Part shown: positions 54,554 through 57,920 of the stretch, one piece after another | Numbering within the stretch: the stretch's first letter is position 1 | How the letters are laid out: every line of letters starts with the position of its first letter | IMG/VR virus record: IMGVR_UViG_3300043447_000200 | Span: 1 to 57,920 of that record | Origin: a virus | Taxonomy: Duplodnaviria; Caudoviricetes | Length of the DNA: 57,920 bases | Strand: one strand, 5' to 3' | Program-made: the position numbers and the translations under genes | Notes under the pieces: model-generated | The model's input: only the letters and a program-made list of their open reading frames with translations | Database searches by the model: none | Told to the model about the DNA's origin: nothing

Positions 54554-55900
54554 ATGGGAATGATCGGCAACACGCTAGCTCAAGGCCTCATCAGCGGGGC
54601 CAACATCCAAGACGGTACGGTTGATACAGCCGACATCAAATCGAACGCGATCACGCCTTCGAAGCTGTCGATCGGTGCGCCGACTTGGGATAGTGCTGGC
54701 AACTTAGGCATTGGTACCGCATCGCCAAGCGTTCAACTGCATGTTTACAAAAACGCTGTTGGCGCGGCTAACCTTTTCCTTGAGAACGCCAGCACCTCTG
54801 CCGGTTCTTACGGCACAGTTCAATTCAACGCTGGCACAGTGACATCGCAGTTGTTCTCTGATGCTGCCGGTGGTGTTTACACCGCTGGTGCTGTTTTAAG
54901 AACGACATCAAACCACCCGCTCATTTTTGGTACGAACAGTGCAGAACGCGCCCGTATTGATGCTAGCGGAAATTTTGGTGTTGGCACTGCAAGTCCTGCT
55001 ACAAAGCTTCATGTTGTCAGCTCTTCAAGCCAAGTGGCTCGATTTATTCGTGACAACACGAGCAACGCATCTGGCGGCATTGACATTGGCAACAACAGCC
55101 GTATCTGGACCATATACGGCGACAATTCAGCCCTTTCCTTTTGGGATACCACTGCCGCAGCAGAGCGCGCCCGTATCGACTCCAGCGGCGTTTTCTCCGT
55201 AACAAAGGGAAGCTCTGTACTAGCAGTTTTTGGCGACACCTCAAACTCTACCGACAAGTACATCCGAATCGGAAACAGTAGCGGCAACTTTGAAATGGGT
55301 ACAGCAGGGTCTGCTGGCCACTACCTTTATGGGGTTGGCTCGCTTCCTTTGACGTTCTGGACAAATCAAACTGAACGCTTCCGCATCGACTCCGGTGGAT
55401 TTGTCACCGCCAAAAAATACATTACACAGCATTCCGAAAACGGTAGCTCAATTGCAATGGCTAGGGCATACAGCCTGCCAAGCTACACCTACAACGCAAA
55501 CGGCAATTGGTACAACAGCACTGTGAGGATTGGCAGATTCGGTACTGGTGGCGGGCGCTTGCGCGGCAGAATCCTTTTTGCCGGCGACTTCAACTACGCG
55601 TATCAAACTGCCGTACTCGAGTTTGATATGAAAGTTTGGAACGGTCAGGTTGATAACTTCTGCTTTGCGGCATCGGAAGTGATGGGCTTCGTAGGCGCTC
55701 AATTTGCCACCGACTCAAGTCGCTACATTTATTTCAATCATGGCTATTTGTGGTCGCAGGACTGCCAACTAATTATTGAAGCGGAAGACGGATTTGAACT
55801 GGCCATCAGTGGCGCACAAGATTACCACTCAGTAACAAGACCATGGCGTGGGGTGGCGGCTGGTTCAGCCTTGCAGTATGAGGTTACGTATGGAACATGA
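54554..55900 (+). CDS. Tail fibre / receptor-binding protein with ERARID repeats
   Basis: GIGTASP and three ER(A/F)RID motifs; divergent C-terminal head. Confidence 0.85.
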   Translation: MGMIGNTLAQGLISGANIQDGTVDTADIKSNAITPSKLSIGAPTWDSAGNLGIGTASPSVQLHVYKNAVGAANLFLENASTSAGSYGTVQFNAGTVTSQLFSDAAGGVYTAGAVLRTTSNHPLIFGTNSAERARIDASGNFGVGTASPATKLHVVSSSSQVARFIRDNTSNASGGIDIGNNSRIWTIYGDNSALSFWDTTAAAERARIDSSGVFSVTKGSSVLAVFGDTSNSTDKYIRIGNSSGNFEMGTAGSAGHYLYGVGSLPLTFWTNQTERFRIDSGGFVTAKKYITQHSENGSSIAMARAYSLPSYTYNANGNWYNSTVRIGRFGTGGGRLRGRILFAGDFNYAYQTAVLEFDMKVWNGQVDNFCFAASEVMGFVGAQFATDSSRYIYFNHGYLWSQDCQLIIEAEDGFELAISGAQDYHSVTRPWRGVAAGSALQYEVTYGT

Positions 55901-56168
55901 TTACACTGAACAAGAAATTGCCTTGACCATGAAGGCGTTTAGCTGCACACGCGAGCAGGCTATCGAAAATCACTGCGCTTCTGTTCGATCCGCAATGGCG
56001 GAAACAAGAGCGCAGTTCGATGCTACGCGCTATCAGCGTGATCGCCGCCTTGAGTACCCACCTATCGGAGATCAGCTCGACGCCCTGTTTCATGCTGGCG
56101 TGTTTCCACCCGAAATGGCTGCGCAGATTCAGGCGGTAAAAAATAAGTACCCGAAAGGCAGTGCGTAA
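55890..56168 (+). CDS. Small fibre-associated (assembly/chaperone-like) protein
   Basis: YQRDRRLEYPPIGDQLDAL...VKNKYPK. Confidence 0.7.
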   Translation: MEHDYTEQEIALTMKAFSCTREQAIENHCASVRSAMAETRAQFDATRYQRDRRLEYPPIGDQLDALFHAGVFPPEMAAQIQAVKNKYPKGSA

Positions 56169-57880
56169 TGTCGTACATCGGAAACACCCCAGGCGTATCG
56201 TCACAACGCATTGTTGACACCTTCATCGCAACGGCTGGGCAAACCACATTCACAACATCCAGCGGCTACACCCCTGGCTATGTTGATGTTTACTACAACG
56301 GCGTCAAGCTAGTTGCAGGAGATGACTTCACCGCAGCCACAGGCTCAACCATCGTGTTGGCCAGTGGTGCTGCGCTCGGTGACTCGATCGAGATCGTTGC
56401 TTACCTGCCTCGTGGCTTGAGTGACGGTTACCTCAAGTCTGAGGCTGATGCTCGATATGTTGCACTCACCGGTGCGCAGACGATCGCTGGCGTCAAAACC
56501 TTTTCGAGCCAGTTGGTTGGCATAGCAGGTACTGCCGGTGCGCCAGCCATCACCACCACCGGTGACCTCGACACAGGCATCTTCTTCCCTGCTGCCAACA
56601 CGCTCGCGTTTTCAACCAACGGCACAGAGGACGCTAGGTTTGATGCCAGCGGTAATTTGCTTGTCGGTACATCAACGACGGTTTCAAAAGCAACTGTGTT
56701 TGGAACAGGGAATCAGTTTGTCAGCGTAATTTCGCCAACAGGAAGCTCAACTCAAGTTGGTATTAACCTAAACCCTAGCATGACCGCTGCTGAAGCGGCA
56801 GCTAACCCTGCTCAAGCTGCAATCTATGCGGTTGACAGCAACTACTCCGCAAACATTATTTTTGCGAACAAAGCAACAGGTGCTCTTGGAAATGCGTTGA
56901 CAGAACGCGCCCGTATCGACTCCAGCGGTAATTTGCTGGTGGGTCGCACAAGCGCAGAAGGTACAACACCGTCGAAAATTCAATTGGTTGGCTCAGGCAA
57001 CTTTACTTCGACAACAGTCACTCGCGCCAACACAGCCGGTATCTACCTGACGGAATCGTCTAACACGGCAAATTACGGAACCGGCATTTGGTTTGACCAC
57101 GGCTCATTGATGGCCGGTATTGCGTCAGCTCGAGCGGCCACCAACAATTGGGGCACTGATCTTCGTTTCTATACGCACCCCGATACAACAAGCGGAGTCT
57201 CTGAAACTTACGAACGCGCCCGTATCGACTCCAGCGGTAACTTGCTGGTGGGGACTACCACTGCCAGCGCAAAGGTATCGATCAACGGTGGTATGTTTGC
57301 AACCGGTATAGGTGACCTTTGTATCATCAATAGCAACGATGGTATTTCTGGAGCTGGTTTTGGCTTAGGGGTTAACAGAACAAACGCAGACGGAAACGCT
57401 GTCTACTTCTGGCGAGCTGGCTCTTTCAAGGGTGCGATTGTTGTAAGTACTGGTGGTACGTCATATACAACGGCTTCTGACTACCGCCTGAAAGAAAACG
57501 TCACACCTATGACAGGTGCGTTGGCCCGTGTCGCAGCGCTAAAACCTGTCACATACAAATGGAAGGCTGACGGCTCGGATGGTGAGGGCTTTGTTGCTCA
57601 TGAACTGCAAGAGGTTGTTCCAACTGCGGTATCTGGTGAGAAAGATGCTACACGCATTGAGCAGTACGAGATCAGCCCCGCTGTGCCAGCTACGTTTGAC
57701 GAAGAAGGCAATGAGCTAACACCCGCAGTCGAGGCTGTGATGGGCGAGCGTGAAGTGCCTGTCTATCAAGGCATCGACACCAGCTTCTTGGTTGCGACCC
57801 TGACCGCCGCCATTCAAGAGCAACAAGCCATCATCGAACAGCTCAAGGCTGACGTACAAGCATTGAAGGAGGCAGCATGA
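56168..57880 (+). CDS. Tail fibre with ERARIDSSG repeats and C-terminal peptidase S74-type chaperone (allele B)
   Basis: MSYIGN..., VYYNGVKL, repeats, SDYRLKEN...GFVAHELQ. Confidence 0.9.
   Translation: MSYIGNTPGVSSQRIVDTFIATAGQTTFTTSSGYTPGYVDVYYNGVKLVAGDDFTAATGSTIVLASGAALGDSIEIVAYLPRGLSDGYLKSEADARYVALTGAQTIAGVKTFSSQLVGIAGTAGAPAITTTGDLDTGIFFPAANTLAFSTNGTEDARFDASGNLLVGTSTTVSKATVFGTGNQFVSVISPTGSSTQVGINLNPSMTAAEAAANPAQAAIYAVDSNYSANIIFANKATGALGNALTERARIDSSGNLLVGRTSAEGTTPSKIQLVGSGNFTSTTVTRANTAGIYLTESSNTANYGTGIWFDHGSLMAGIASARAATNNWGTDLRFYTHPDTTSGVSETYERARIDSSGNLLVGTTTASAKVSINGGMFATGIGDLCIINSNDGISGAGFGLGVNRTNADGNAVYFWRAGSFKGAIVVSTGGTSYTTASDYRLKENVTPMTGALARVAALKPVTYKWKADGSDGEGFVAHELQEVVPTAVSGEKDATRIEQYEISPAVPATFDEEGNELTPAVEAVMGEREVPVYQGIDTSFLVATLTAAIQEQQAIIEQLKADVQALKEAA
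56903..57252 (+). repeat. 41-nt direct repeat (56903-56943 and 57212-57252) bounding one fibre module
   Basis: GAACGCGCCCGTATCGACTCCAGCGGTAAYTTGCTGGTGGG, 40/41 identical. Confidence 0.95.
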
Positions 57881-57920
57881 GCCGCGCATCAACACTAGCA
57901 AGAGCAGGCACCGCCCTGGC

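Larger units (their letters stand above)
1..57920. mobile_element. Near-complete temperate podovirus-like bacteriophage genome, circularly permuted
   Basis: TerL, portal, scaffold, capsid, fibres, lysis genes, integrase plus attP and primase-helicase are all present. The ends overlap (1-127 = 57105-57231; 528-681 = 57767-57920). No host housekeeping genes seen. Confidence 0.95.

Noticed and set aside
1-57920. DGR or invertase-type shufflon as the cause of fibre variation
   Set aside because: No reverse transcriptase or serine invertase was recognised. The repeats are direct, and allele differences are not adenine-specific.

Overview
The window appears to be an essentially complete, circularly permuted temperate tailed-phage genome with a unit length of about 57.1-57.2 kb. 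It is podovirus-like: no tape-measure gene is recognisable and ejection-type proteins are present. The host is probably a betaproteobacterium, inferred from the tRNA-Asn attP sequence. Layout: fibre genes and lysis (1-5.5 kb); tail, ejection proteins and a 3078-aa polyvalent protein (5.5-20.8 kb); attP plus tyrosine integrase (20.8-22.1 kb); recombination genes (minus strand, 22.4-26.6 kb); primase-helicase and nin-like genes (plus, 26.9-32.8 kb); early genes including a GATase/amidoligase pair (minus, 32.9-41.9 kb); an origin-like palindrome array, structured RNAs and six tRNAs (42.6-44.1 kb); packaging, head and fibre genes (44.2-57.9 kb). Main observations: (1) The two window ends are two different alleles of the same fibre locus. 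They diverge at a nucleotide-conserved 'ERARIDSSG' motif that also delimits modules in the other fibre genes, which suggests a repeat-guided receptor-binding-module shuffling system. (2) A 17/18-nt inverted copy of the attP core lies inside the putative integrase promoter. (3) Intergenic structured RNAs include hairpins whose loops are complementary to ribosome-binding/start regions, tandem loop-E hairpins, a tRNA-like domain and an atypical initiator-like tRNA. All family assignments come from motif recognition by eye; no database searches were run.
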